Below, piece by piece: positions 25,601 through 40,600 of a DNA stretch of 64,000 nucleotides; within the stretch, counting starts at the first letter, position 1, and each line of letters starts with the position of its first letter. This DNA comes from Isurus oxyrinchus (lineage: Eukaryota), in assembly GCA_026770705.1 (NCBI GenBank), contig JANJGN010000010.1, positions 91,822,001-91,886,000 on the forward strand. Reading direction: 5' to 3'. Under the pieces are notes generated by a model. The model saw nothing but the letters and a program-made list of their open reading frames with translations, did no database searches and was not told the origin of the DNA. A program made the translations under genes and the position numbers.

Positions 25601-28600
25601 TTCTGCCAAAACAATGGCGAGTGATCAGTGCGGCCCAGTGGACATTCATTGGCAATAACATTGACCAATGTTTATTATGTTTATTAGAAGCTCTCACTGA
25701 TTCAATTCTGGGATCTCTATTTTCTCTCAAATTGAGTTGAGGGATTACTGGTGGCACAGTGGAATTTCACAGTCAATGACGTTGACCAGTGCCCCAGAAT
25801 TAAATCAGTGAGAGATTCTAATAAATGTGTAATTTGAACCATTTATTTTGTAATTTTGATCAGAATCAATCTTGGGTCAGTTTGGCATCCATTTGGCATC
25901 AACATAGCAGCCAGTGTGCTCCACAAATCTATAAGATTAGTGAATTAAGACACTTGAGCCTGTTCCTCAACCTCCAGTTGCTCAAATGTTCGAGCATTCT
26001 GCTAAGGGGTCATCAGATTTTTGCAGTTTTGTGTCATAAATTATCTTACGTTCTTCCTTCCGGTTATTTAAACAAAGATATGTCAAACAATCTTCATTCT
26101 GTTTTAAATTCATTATAGTTTTCATTCTTCTCTTCCAGAGAAACCTACCGACTACTCTCCACCAGGTAAAAAGAACATGCTAGTCAGTGACTATCTTTGA
26201 TCTCCTGACATTTGGACTCCTGTCCAGGCTTCCAGTGTATCCAACTTTAAAATGCCAGCAATGGGCAGGATATGAGATATCTGGCCCCTGAGGCTATATA
26301 AGTTCAAATCCCACTCCAGGACAAACAAGTCAAATAAGTGAAAATAAACGGACAGGTCATCTGGTATTGAGCTCGCCCATGGAGTCAACAAAGACGCATC
26401 CAGCCCAGGGGATGTTGTAAAGTTCATCTCACTACCATCTGGCGACTTGTGCCAAAATTGAGAGAGCTGCCACACAGATTAGTCACACAACAGGTTGAGA
26501 CGTAGTCACACTCACAGAATCCTAGATTTCAGCCAACATCCCAGACTCCTCCATCACCATTCCTGAGTATGTCCCATCAACAAGCAGGTAGACCCACCAG
26601 CCCAGTGGTATCAAGTCACTCGAGCCTGTTCCGCAAACTTCAGTTTCTGTTGCTGGAATGTTCGGCCATTCTGACAAGCGGGCATCAGCTGTCATTCTGT
26701 GAATGTAACCATGTGTCAACATTTGGTGTGACTAATCTGTGTGTCAGCTCTCTCAATTTTGGCACAAGTCACCAGATTTGTTTCAAATTGTTTCTTTTTT
26801 AACGTACACACAACCTCCAGTCGGAATAGATTAAAGTTTTAATTCTTCTTCTTCAGATGAACCTACCGTCTACTATCCACCTGGCAAGTATACACCTGCT
26901 AGTGAGTGACTATCTTTGATTTCCTGCTATTTTGACCCAGGCCCCGTTTTCAATGCATCAAAATTTGAGTGTCAGCTGTGGCCGAGTTGGCAGAAAAGCT
27001 GCCACTGGGGCAAAGTTTATCATTTTAAATTTCACTCCAGCATTTGAGCACAGCGATCTGGGTGACACTCCAGTGCAGTACTGAGGGAGAGTTGCACTGT
27101 GGAGGTGATGTCTTTTGCATGAATACTGGAAGTGCGGGCCTGTCTACACCCTCAGGATAACATAACAAGGCATTATTTTGAGGTAGAACTGATGGGCTAT
27201 TTGCAGAGTCTTGCTGTATTTATGCCTCAATACACATGACAAAAACGGATTATCTTTTCATGATCACATTGCTATTCATGCAAGGTGCAGTGCTGTATTC
27301 CTGATCGCAGGTCGACATCTATAACCCCCAGCACTATTTCAGAAAAGAGTAGAGCTGTTATTCTCCATATCTCGGTTAATATTTATCCCTTAATCAACGT
27401 CACAAAAACAGATTACCTGGTAATCATTACTTGACTGTTTGTGGGAATTTCCTGTGTGCTAATTGGCTGTTGTTTTTCCTAAATTACAAAAGTGCTGTCA
27501 TTTGAAACACAGTTCATTGGCTTTAAAGTACTGTGTGACTACATTGGCCAAGTAAGGTGAAATATAAATTTATACCTTTCTTTTTCATTGATGTTATTCC
27601 TGAACATTTGAAGTGCTGCATAATCCCTCGCTCTCGTATGATCATTACACTTCCTCTACCTGGTCCAGTGTGCATTGGTGTTTACACAATTATTGACATG
27701 AGCTGACCTCCTGACAACATACAGGTCAGCTGGACTGTGTAAATAGACAGTGTTTGCATTCTGAGATCTGGTATTATACTGCCACTGGATGATCGACCAT
27801 CTTCTGACACTTGGATTTGTTTTTTACAATTGTATAGTGAATTATATTCGCACTCGTATGAGAACCAAATGATGGTTTACGCAGCTTCTCTGGGAGCTCT
27901 GTTTCTGCCAAAACAATGGCGAGTGATCAGTGCGGCCCAGTGGACATTCATTGGCAATAACATTGACCAATGTTTATTATGTTTATTAGAAGCTCTCACT
28001 GATTCAATTCTGGGATCTCTATTTTCTCTCAAATTGAGTTGAGGGATTGCTGGTGGCACAGTGGAATTTCACAGTCAATGACGTTGACCAGTGCCCCTGA
28101 ATTAAATCAGTGAGAGATTCTAATAAATGTGTAATTTGAACCATTTATTTTGTAATTTTGATCAGAATCAATCTTGGGTCAGTTTGGCATCCATTTGGCA
28201 TCAACATAGCAGCCAGTGTGCTCCACAAATCTATAAGATTAGTGAATTAAGACACTTGAGCCTGTTCCTCAACCTCCAGTTGCTCAAATGTTCGAGCATT
28301 CTGCTAAGGGGTCATCAGATTTTTGCAGTTTTGTGTCATAAATTATCTTACGTTCTTCCTTCCGGTTATTTAAACAAAGATATGTCAAACAATCTTCATT
28401 CTGTTTTAAATTCATTATAGTTTTCATTCTTCTTTTCCAGAGAAACCTACCGACTACTCTCCACCAGGTAAAAAGAACATGCTAGTCAGTGACTATCTTT
28501 GATCTCCTGACATTTGGACTCCTGTCCAGGCTTCCAGTGTATCCAACTTTAAAATGCCAGCAATGGGCAGGATATGAGATATCTGGCCCCTGAGGCTATA

Positions 28601-31600
28601 TAAGTTCAAATCCCACTCCAGGACAAACAAGTCAAATAAGTGAAAATAAACGGACAGGTCATCTGGTATTGAGCTCGCCCATGGAGTCAACAAAGACGCA
28701 TCCAGCCCAGGGGATGTTGTAAAGTTCATCTCACTACCATCTGGCGACTTGTGCCAAAATTGAGAGAGCTGCCACACAGATTAGTCACACAACAGGTTGA
28801 GACGTAGTCACACTCACAGAATCCTAGATTTCAGCCAACATCCCAGACTCCTCCATCACCATTCCTGAGTATGTCCCATCAACAAGCAAGTAGACCCACC
28901 AGCCCAGTGGTATCAAGTCACTCGAGCCTGTTCCGCAAACTTCAGTTTCTGTTGCTGGAATGTTCGGCCATTCTGACAAGCGGGCATCAGCTGTCATTCT
29001 GTGAATGTAACCATGTGTCAACATTTGGTGTGACTAATCTGTGTGTCAGCTCTCTCAATTTTGGCACAAGTCACCAGATTTGTTTCAAATTGTTTCTTTT
29101 TTAACGTACACACAACCTCCAGTCGGAATAGATTAAAGTTTTAATTCTTCTTCTTCAGATGAACCTACCGTCTACTATCCACCTGGCAAGTATACACCTG
29201 CTAGTGAGTGACTATCTTTGATTTCCTGCTATTTTGACCCAGGCCCCGTTTTCAATGCATCAAAATTTGAGTGTCAGCTGTGGCCTAGTTGGCAGAAAAG
29301 CTGCCACTGGGGCAAAGTTTATCATTTTAAATTTCACTCCAGCATTTGAGCACAGCGATCTGGGTGACACTCCAGTGCAGTACTGAGGGAGAGTTGCACT
29401 GTGGAGGTGATGTCTTTTGCATGAATACTGGAAGTGCGGGCCTGTCTACACCCTCAGGATAACATAACAAGGCATTATTTTGAGGTAGAACTGATGGGCT
29501 ATTTGCAGAGTCTTGCTGTATTTATGCCTCAATACACATGACAAAAACGGATTATCTTTTCATGATCACATTGCTATTCATGCAAGGTGCAGTGCTGTAT
29601 TCCTGATCGCAGGTCGACATCTATAACCCCCAGCACTGTTTCAGAAAAGAGTAGAGCTGTTATTCTCCATATCTCGGTTAATATTTATCCCTTAATCAAC
29701 GTTACAAAAACAGATTACCTGGTAATCATTACTTGTCTGTTTGTGGGAATTTCCTGTGTGCTAATTGGCTGTTGTTTTTCCTAAATTACAAAAGTGCTGT
29801 CATTTGAAACACAGTTCATTGGCTTTAAAGTACTGTGTGACTACATTGGCCAAGTAAGGTGAAATATAAATTTATACCTTTCTTTTTCATTGATGTTATT
29901 CCTGAACATTTGGAGTGCTGCATAATCCCTCGCACTCAGACGATCATTACACTTCCTCTACCTGGTCCAATGTGCATTGGTGTTTACACAATTATTGACA
30001 TGACCTGACCTCCTGAAAACATACAGGTCAGCTGGACAATGTAAATGGACAGTGATTGTATTCTGAGTCTGGCGTTATACGGCCACTGGATGATCGACCA
30101 TCTTCTGACATTTGGAAGGCAATGACATGATTTGTTTTTTCACAATTGTATAGTGAATTACATTCACACTCGTATGAGAACCAAATGACGGTTTACGCAG
30201 CTTCTCTGGGAGCTCTGTTTCTGCCAAAACTATGGCGAGTGATCAGTGCGGCCCAGTGGACATTCATTGGCAATAACATTGACCAATGCTTATTATGTTT
30301 ATTAGAATCTCTCACTGATTCAGTTCCGGGATTTCTATTTTCTGTCAAATTGAGGTGAGGGATTACTGGTGGCACAGTGGAATTTCGCAGTAAATGACGT
30401 TGACCAGTGCCCCAGAATTAAATCAGTGAGAGATTCTATTAAATGTGTAATTATCCATTTATTTTGCAATTTTGATCAGAATCACTCTAGGGTCAGTTTG
30501 GCATCCATTTGGCATCAACATAGCAGCCAGTGTGCTCCACAAATCTCCAAGATTAGTGCATTAAGACATTTGAGCCTCTTCCTCAGCCTCCAGTTGCTCC
30601 AATGTTCGACCATTCTGCTAAGGGGTCATCAGACTTTTGCAGTATTGTGTCATAAATTATCTTACGTTCTTCTTTCTGGTTATTTAAACAAAGATATGTC
30701 GAACAATCTTCATTCTGCTTTAAATTCATTCTAGTTTTCATTCTTCTTTTCCAGAGATGCCAACTGACTACTCTCCACCAGGTAAAAAAATACATGCTAG
30801 TCAGTGACTATCTTTGATCTCCTGATATTTGGACTCCAGGACAAACAAGTCAAATAAGTAAAAATATATGGACTGGTCATCTGGTATTGAGCTCAGCCAT
30901 GGAGTCAACAAAGGCGCACCCAGCCCAGGGGACGCTGTAAAGTTCATCTCACTACCATCTGGCGACTTGTGCCAAAATTGAGAGAGCTGCCCCACAGATT
31001 AGTCACACAACAGGTTGAGTCATAGTCACACTCACAGAATGCTAGATTTCAGCCAACATCCCAGACTCCTCCATCACCATTCCTGAGTATATCCTGTCAA
31101 CAAGCAGGTAGACCCACCAGCCCAGTGGTGTCAAGTCACTCGAGCCTTTTCTGCAAACTTCAATTTCTGTTGCTGGAATGTTCGGCCATTCTGACAAGCA
31201 GGCATCAGCTGTCATTCTGTGAATGTAACTATGTCTCAAGCTTTTGTGTGACTAATCTGTAGGTCAGCTCTCTCAATTTTGGCACAAGTCACCACTTTTG
31301 TAAAAATTGTTTTTGTTTTTTATAAGCGTACTGTTCGTCAAACAACCTTCAGTCAGTATAGATTAAAGCTTTAATTCTTCTTTTGCGGATGAACCTACTG
31401 TTCACTATCTACCAGGCAAGAATACACCTGCTAGTGAGTGACTTTCCTAAATTACAAAAGTGCTATTATTTGAAACGCACTTCATTGTCTTTATAGAAGT
31501 GTGTGACTACATTGGTCAGGTAAAGTGAAATATAAATTTATGCCTTTCTTTCTCATTGATGTTATTCCTGAATATTTGGAGTGCTGCATATCTGCTCGCT

Positions 31601-34600
31601 CTCGGGTGTTTATTACATTTCTTCTACCTGGTCCAATGTGCATTGGTGCCTACACAATTATTGACATGAGCTGACCTGACAACACACAGGTCAGCTGGAT
31701 TGTGTAAAGGAACAGTGTTTGTATTCTGAAATCTGGCGTTATACTGCCACTGGATGATCGACCATCTTCTGACACTTGGAAGGCAATGACACGATTTGTT
31801 TTTTTACAATTGTAGAGTGAATTACATTCACGCTTGCATGAGAACCAAATGACGGTTTACGCAGCTTCTCTGGGAGCTCTGTTTCTGCCAAAACTATGGC
31901 GAGTGATCAGTGCGGCCCAGTGGACATTCATTGGCAATAACATTGACCAATGCTTATTATGTTTATTAGAATCTCTCACTGATTCAGTTCCGGGATTTCT
32001 ATTTTCTGTCAAATTGAGGTGAGGGATTACTGGTGGCACAGTGGAATTTCGCAGTAAATGACGTTGACCAGTGCCCCAGAATTAAATCAGTGAGAGATTC
32101 TATTAAATGTGTAATTATCCATTTATTTTGCAATTTTGATCAGAATCAACCTTGGGTCAGTTTGGCATCCATTTGGCATCAACATAGCAGCCAGTGTGCT
32201 CCACAAATCTCCAAGATTAGTGCATTAAGACATTTGAGCCTCTTCCTCAGCCTCCAGTTGCTCCAATGTTCGACCATTCTGCTAAGGGGTCATCAGATTT
32301 TTGCAGTATTGTGTCATAAATTATCTTACGTTCTTCTTTCTGGTTATTTAAACAAAGATATGTCGAACAATCTTCATTCTGCTTTAAATTCATTCTAGTT
32401 TTCATTCTTCTTTTCCAGAGATGCCAACTGAGTACTCTCCACCAGGTAAAAAAATACATGCTAGTCAGTGACTATCTTTGATCTCCTGATATTTGGACTC
32501 CAGGACAAACAAGTCAAATAAGTAAAAATATATGGACTGGTCATCTGGTATTGAGCTCAGCCATGGAGTCAACAAAGGCGCACCCAGCCCAGGGGACGCT
32601 GTAAAGTTCATCTCACTACCATCTGGCGACTTGTGCCAAAATTGAGAGAGCTGCCCCACAGATTAGTCACACAACAGGTTGAGTCATAGTCACACTCACA
32701 GAATGCTAGATTTCAGCCAACATCCCAGACTCCTCCATCACCATTCCTGAGTATATCCTGTCAACAAGCAGGTAGACCCACCAGCCCAGTGGTGTCAAGT
32801 CACTCGAGCCTTTTCTGCAAACTTCAATTTCTGTTGCTGGAATGTTCGGCCATTCTGACAAGCAGGCATCAGCTGTCATTCTGTGAATGTAACTATGTCT
32901 CAAGCTTTTGTGTGACTAATCTGTAGGTCAGCTCTCTCAATTTTGGCACAAGTCACCACTTTTGTAAAAATTGTTTTTGTTTTTTATAAGCGTACTGTTC
33001 GTCAAACAACCTTCAGTCAGTATAGATTAAAGCTTTAATTCTTCTTTTGCGGATGAACCTACTGTTCACTATCTACCAGGCAAGAATACACCTGCTAGTG
33101 AGTGACTTTCCTAAATTACAAAAGTGCTATTATTTGAAACGCACTTCATTGTCTTTATAGAAGTGTGTGACTACATTGGTCAGGTAAAGTGAAATATAAA
33201 TTTATGCCTTTCTTTCTCATTGATGTTATTCCTGAATATTTGGAGTGCTGCATATCTGCTCGCTCTCGGGTGTTTATTACATTTCTTCTACCTGGTCCAA
33301 TGTGCATTGGTGCCTACACAATTATTGACATGAGCTGACCTGACAACACACAGGTCAGCTGGATTGTGTAAAGGAACAGTGTTTGTATTCTGAAATCTGG
33401 CGTTATACTGCCACTGGATGATCGACCATCTTCTGACACTTGGAAGGCAATGACACGATTTGTTTTTTTACAATTGTAGAGTGAATTACATTCACACTTG
33501 TATGAGAACCAAATGACGGTTTATGCAGCTTCTCTGGGAGCTCTGTTTCTGCCAAAACTATGGCGAGTGATCAGTGCAGCCCAGTGGAAATTCATGGGCA
33601 ATAACATTGACCAATGCTTATTTTGTTTTTTAGAATCTCTCACTGATTCAATGCTGGGATCTCTATTTTCTCTCAAATTGACGTGAGGCATTACTGGTGG
33701 CACAGTGGAATTTCGCAGACAATAATGTTGACCAGTGCCCCAGAATTAAATCAGTGAGAGATTCTAATAAATGTGTAATTTGAACCATTTATTTTGCAAT
33801 TTTGATCAGAATCAATCTTGGGTCAGTTTGGCATCCATTTGCCATCAACATAGCAGCCAGTGTGCTCCACAAATCTACAAGATTAGTGCATTAAGACACT
33901 TGAGCCTCTTCCTCAGCCTCCAGTTGCTCCAATGTTTGACCATTCTGCTAAGGGGTCATCAGATTTTTGCAGTTTTATGTCATAAATTATCTTACGTTCT
34001 TCTTTCCGGTTATTTAAACAAAGATATGTCAAACAATCTTCATTCTGCTTTAAATTCATTATAGTTTACATTCTTCTTTTCCAGAGATACCAACTGACTA
34101 CTCTCCACCAGGTAAAAAAATACATGCTAGTCAGTGATTCTCTTTGATCTCCTGATATTTGGACTCCAGGACAAACAAGTCAAATAAGTAAAAATATCTG
34201 GACTGGTCATCTGGTATTGAGCTCAGCCATGGAGTCAACAAAGGCGCACCCAGCCTAGGGGACGCTGTAAAGTTCATCTCACCACCATCTGGCGACTTGC
34301 GCCAAAATTGAGAGAACTGCCCCACAGATTAGTCACACAACAGGTTGAGTCATAGTCACACTCACAGAATCCTAGATTTCAGCCAACATCCCAGACTCCT
34401 CCATCACCATTCCTGAGTATGTCCCATCAACAAGCAGGTAGACCCACCAGCCCTGTGGTATCAAGTCACTGGAGCCTTTTCTGCAAACATCAATTTCTGT
34501 TGCTGGTATGTTTGGCCATTCTGACAAGCGGGCATCAGCTGTTATTCTGTGAATGTAACTATGTCTCAAGCTTTTGTGTGACAAATCTGTGGGTCAGCAC

Positions 34601-37600
34601 TCTCAATTTTCGTATCAAATTGTTTCTTTTTTTTTGTTAACGTACTGTTCGTCAACCAAACTCCAGTCAGTATAGATTAAAGTTTTGATTCTTCTTTTTC
34701 TGATGAACCTAACGTCTACTATCCACCAGGCATGAATCCACCTGCTAGTGAGTGACTATCTTTGATTTCCTGCTATTTTGACCCAGGCCCCGTTTTCAAT
34801 GCATCAAAATTTGAGTGTCAGCTGTGGCCTAGTTGGCAGAAAAGCTGCCACTGGGGCAAAGTTTATCATTTTAAATTTCACTCCAGCATTTGAGCACAGC
34901 GATCTGGGTGACACTCCAGTGCTGTACTGAGGGAGGGTTGCACTGTGGAGGTGATGTCTTTTGCATGAATACTGGAAGCGAGGCCCTGTCTACACCCTCA
35001 GATGACATAACAAGGCATTATTTTGGGATAGAACTGGTTGGCTATTTGCCGAGTCTTGCTGTATTTATGCCTCAATACACATGACAAAAACAGATTATCT
35101 TTTCATGATCACATAGCTATTCATGCCAGGTGCAGTGCTGTATTCCTCATCGCAGGTCGACATCTATAACCCCCAGCACAATTTGAGAAAAGAGTAGAGC
35201 CGTTATTCTCCATATCTCGGTTAATATTTATCCCTTAATCAACATCACAAAAACAGATTACCTGGTAATCATTACTTGTCTGTTTGTGGGAATTTCCTGT
35301 GTGCTAATTGGCTGTTGTTTTTCCTAAATTACAAAAGTGCTGTCATTTGAAACACAGTTCATTGGCTTTAAAGTACTGTGTGACTACATTGGCCAAGTAA
35401 GGTGAAATATAAATTTATACCCTTCTTTTTCATTGATGTTATTCCTGAACATTTGGAGTGCTGCATAATCCCTCGCACTCAGACGATCATTACACTTCCT
35501 CTACCTGGTCCAATGTGCATTGGTGTTTACACAATTATTGACATGACCTGACCTCCTGAAAACATACAGGTCAGCTGGACAATGTAAATGGACAGTGATT
35601 GTATTCTGAGTCTGGCGTTATACGGCCACTGGATGATCGACCATCTTCTGACATTTGGAAGGCAATGACATGATTTGTTTTTTCACAATTGTATAGTGAA
35701 TTACATTCACACTCGTATGAGAACCAAATGACGGTTTACGCAGCTTCTCTGGGAGCTCTGTTTCTGCCAAAACTATGGCGAGTGATCAGTGCGGCCCAGT
35801 GGACATTCATTGGCAATAACATTGACCAATGCTTATTATGTTTATTAGAATCTCTCACTGATTCAGTTCCGGGATTTCTATTTTCTGTCAAATTGAGGTG
35901 AGGGATTACTGGTGGCACAGTGGAATTTCGCAGTAAATGACGTTGACCAGTGCCCCAGAATTAAATCAGTGAGAGATTCTAATAAATGTGTAATTATCCA
36001 TTTATTTTGCAATTTTGATCAGAATCAACCTTGGGTCAGTTTGGCATCCATTTGGCATCAACATAGCAGCCAGTGTGCTCCACAAATCTCCAAGATTAGT
36101 GCATTAAGACATTTGAGCCTCTTCCTCAGCCTCCAGTTGCTCAAATGTTCGACCATTCTGCTAAGGGGTCATCAGATTTTTGCAGTATTATGTCATAAAT
36201 TATCTTACGTTCTTCTTTCTGGTTATTTAAACAAAGATATGTCGAACAATCTTCATTCTGCTTTAAATTCATTCTAGTTTTCATTCTTCTTTTCCAGAGA
36301 TGCCAACTGAGTACTCTCCACCAGGTAAAAAAATACATGCTAGTCAGTGACTATCTTTGATCTCCTGATATTTGGACTCCAGGACAAACAAGTCAAATAA
36401 GTAAAAATATATGGACTGGTCATCTGGTATTGAGCTCAGCCATGGAGTCAACAAAGGCGCACCCAGCCCAGGGGACGCTGTAAAGTTCATCTCACTACCA
36501 TCTGGCGACTTGTGCCAAAATTGAGAGAGCTGCCCCACAGATTAGTCACACAACAGGTTGAGTCATAGTCACACTCACAGAATGCTAGATTTCAGCCAAC
36601 ATCCCAGACTCCTCCATCACCATTCCTGAGTATATCCTGTCAACAAGCAGGTAGACCCACCAGCCCAGTGGTGTCAAGTCACTCGAGCCTTTTCTGCAAA
36701 CTTCAATTTCTGTTGCTGGAATGTTCGGCCATTCTGACAAGCAGGCATCAGCTGTCATTCTGTGAATGTAACTATGTCTCAAGCTTTTGTGTGACTAATC
36801 TGTAGGTCAGCTCTCTCAATTTTGGCACAAGTCACCACTTTTGTAAAAATTGTTTTTGTTTTTTATAAGCGTACTGTTCGTCAAACAACCTTCAGTCAGT
36901 ATAGATTAAAGCTTTAATTCTTCTTTTGCGGATGAACCTACTGTTCACTATCTACCAGGCAAGAATACACCTGCTAGTGAGTGACTTTCCTAAATTACAA
37001 AAGTGCTATTATTTGAAACGCACTTCATTGTCTTTATAGAAGTGTGTGACTACATTGGTCAGGTAAAGTGAAATATAAATTTATGCCTTTCTTTCTCATT
37101 GATGTTATTCCTGAATATTTGGAGTGCTGCATATCTGCTCGCTCTCGGGTGTTTATTACATTTCTTCTACCTGGTCCAATGTGCATTGGTGCCTACACAA
37201 TTATTGACATGAGCTGACCTGACAACACACAGGTCAGCTGGATTGTGTAAAGGAACAGTGTTTGTATTCTGAAATCTGGCGTTATACTGCCACTGGATGA
37301 TCGACCATCTTCTGACACTTGGAAGGCAATGACACGATTTGTTTTTTTACAATTGTATAGTGAATTACATTCACGCTTGTATGAGAACCAAATGACGGTT
37401 TATGCAGCTTCTCTGGGAGCTCTGTTTCTGCCAAAACTATGGCGAGTGATCAGTGCAGCCCAGTGGAAATTCATGGGCAATAACATTGACCAATGCTTAT
37501 TTTGTTTTTTAGAATCTCTCACTGATTCAATGCTGGGATCTCTATTTTCTCTCAAATTGACGTGAGGCATTACTGGTGGCACAGTGGAATTTCGCAGACA

Positions 37601-40600
37601 ATAACGTTGACCAGTGCCCCAGAATTAAATCAGTGAGAGATTCTAATAAATGTGTAATTTGAACCATTTATTTTGCAATTTTGATCAGAATCAATCTTGG
37701 GTCAGTTTGGCATCCATTTGCCATCAACATAGCAGCCAGTGTGCTCCACAAATCTACAAGATTAGTGCATTAAGACACTTGAGCCTCTTCCTCAGCCTCC
37801 AGTTGCTCCAATGTTCGACCATTCTGCTAAGGGGTCATCAGATTTTTGCAGTTTTATGTCATAAATTATCTTACGTTCTTCTTTCCGGTTATTTAAACAA
37901 AGATATGTCAAACAATCTTCATTCTGCTTTAAATTCATTATAGTTTACATTCTTCTTTTCCAGAGATACCAACTGACTACTCTCCACCAGGTAAAAAAAT
38001 ACATGCTAGTCAGTGATTCTCTTTGATCTCCTGATATTTGGACTCCAGGACAAACAAGTCAAATAAGTAAAAATATCTGGACTGGTCATCTGGTATTGAG
38101 CTCAGCCATGGAGTCAACAAAGGCGCACCCAGCCTAGGGGACGCTGTAAAGTTCATCTCACCACCATCTGGCGACTTGCGCCAAAATTGAGAGAACTGCC
38201 CCACAGATTAGTCACACAACAGGTTGAGTCATAGTCACACTCACAGAATCCTAGATTTCAGCCAACATCCCAGACTCCTCCATCACCATTCCTGAGTATG
38301 TCCCATCAACAAGCAGGTAGACCCACCAGCCCTGTGGTATCAAGTCACTGGAGCCTTTTCTGCAAACATCAATTTCTGTTGCTGGAATGTTTGGCCATTC
38401 TGACAAGCGGGCATCAGCTGTTATTCTGTGAATGTAACTATGTCTCAAGCTTTTGTGTGACAAATCTGTGGGTCAGCACTCTCAATTTTCGTATCAAATT
38501 GTTTCTTTTTTTTTGTTAACGTACTGTTCGTCAACCAAACTCCAGTCAGTATAGATTAAAGTTTTGATTCTTCTTTTTCTGATGAACCTAACGTCTACTA
38601 TCCACCAGGCATGAATCCACCTGCTAGTGAGTGACTATCTTTGATTTCCTGCTATTTTGCTGCTGGCCCCGTTTTCATTGCTTCGAAATTTGAGTGTCAG
38701 CTGTGGCCTAGTTGGCAGAAAAGCTGCCACTGGGGCAAAGTTTATAATTTTAAATTTCACTCCAGCATTTGAGCACAGCGATCTGGGTGACACTCCAGTG
38801 CTGTACTGAGGGAGGGTTGCACTGTGGAGGTGATGTCTTTTGCATGAATACTGGAAGCGAGGCCCTGTCTACACCCTCAGATGACATAACAAGGCATTAT
38901 TTTGGGATAGAACTGATTGGCTATTTGCCGAGTCTTGCTGTATTTATGCCTCAATACACATGACAAAAACAGATTATCTTTTCATGATCACATTGCTATT
39001 CATGCCAGGTGCAGTGCTGTATTCCTCATCGCAGGTCGACATCTATAACCCCCAGCACAATTTGAGAAAAGAGTAGAGCCGTTATTCTCCATATCTCGGT
39101 TAATATTTATCCCTTAATCAACGTCACAAAAACAGATTACCTGGTAATCATTACTTGTCTGTTTGTGGGAATTTCCTGTGTGCTAATTGGCTGTTGTTTT
39201 TCCTAAATTACAAAAGTGCTGTCATTTGAAACACAGTTCATTGGCTTTAAAGTACTGTGTGACTACATTGGCCAAGTAAGGTGAAATATAAATTTATACC
39301 TTTCTTTTTCATTGATGTTATTCCTGAACATTTGGAGTGCTGCATAATCCCTCGCACTCAGACGATCATTACACTTCCTCTACCTGGTCCAATGTGCATT
39401 GGTGTTTACACAATTATTGACATGACCTGACCTCCTGAAAACATACAGGTCAGCTGGACAATGTAAATGGACAGTGATTGTATTCTGAGTCTGGCGTTAT
39501 ACGGCCACTGGATGATCGACCATCTTCTGACATTTGGAAGGCAATGACATGATTTGTTTTTTCACAATTGTATAGTGAATTACATTCACACTCGTATGAG
39601 AACCAAATGACGGTTTACGCAGCTTCTCTGGGAGCTCTGTTTCTGCCAAAACTATGGCGAGTGATCAGTGCGGCCCAGTGGACATTCATTGGCAATAACA
39701 TTGACCAATGCTTATTATGTTTATTAGAATCTCTCACTGATTCAGTTTCGGGATTTCTATTTTCTGTCAAATTGAGGTGAGGGATTACTGGTGGCACAGT
39801 GGAATTTCGCAGTAAATGACGTTGACCAGTGCCCCAGAATTAAATCAGTGAGAGATTCTAATAAATGTGTAATTATCCATTTATTTTGCAATTTTGATCA
39901 GAATCAACCTTGGGTCAGTTTGGCATCCATTTGGCATCAACATAGCAGCCAGTGTGCTCCACAAATCTCCAAGATTAGTGCATTAAGACATTTGAGCCTC
40001 TTCCTCAGCCTCCAGTTGCTCAAATGTTCGACCATTCTGCTAAGGGGTCATCAGATTTTTGCAGTATTGTGTCATAAATTATCTTACGTTCTTCTTTCTG
40101 GTTATTTAAACAAAGATATGTCGAACAATCTTCATTCTGCTTTAAATTCATTCTAGTTTTCATTCTTCTTTTCCAGAGATGCCAACTGAGTACTCTCCAC
40201 CAGGTAAAAAAATACATGCTAGTCAGTGACTATCTTTGATCTCCTGATATTTGGACTCCAGGACAAACAAGTCAAATAAGTAAAAATATATAGACTGGTC
40301 ATCTGGTATTGAGCTCAGCCATGGAGTCAACAAAGGCGCACCCAGCCCAGGGGACGCTGTAAAGTTCATCTCACTACCATCTGGCGACTTGTGCCAAAAT
40401 TGAGAGAGCTGCCCCACAGATTAGTCACACAACAGGTTGAGTCATAGTCACACTCACAGAATGCTAGATTTCAGCCAACATCCCAGACTCCTCCATCACC
40501 ATTCCTGAGTATATCCTGTCAACAAGCAGGTAGACCCACCAGCCCAGTGGTGTCAAGTCACTCGAGCCTTTTCTGCAAACTTCAATTTCTGTTGCTGGAA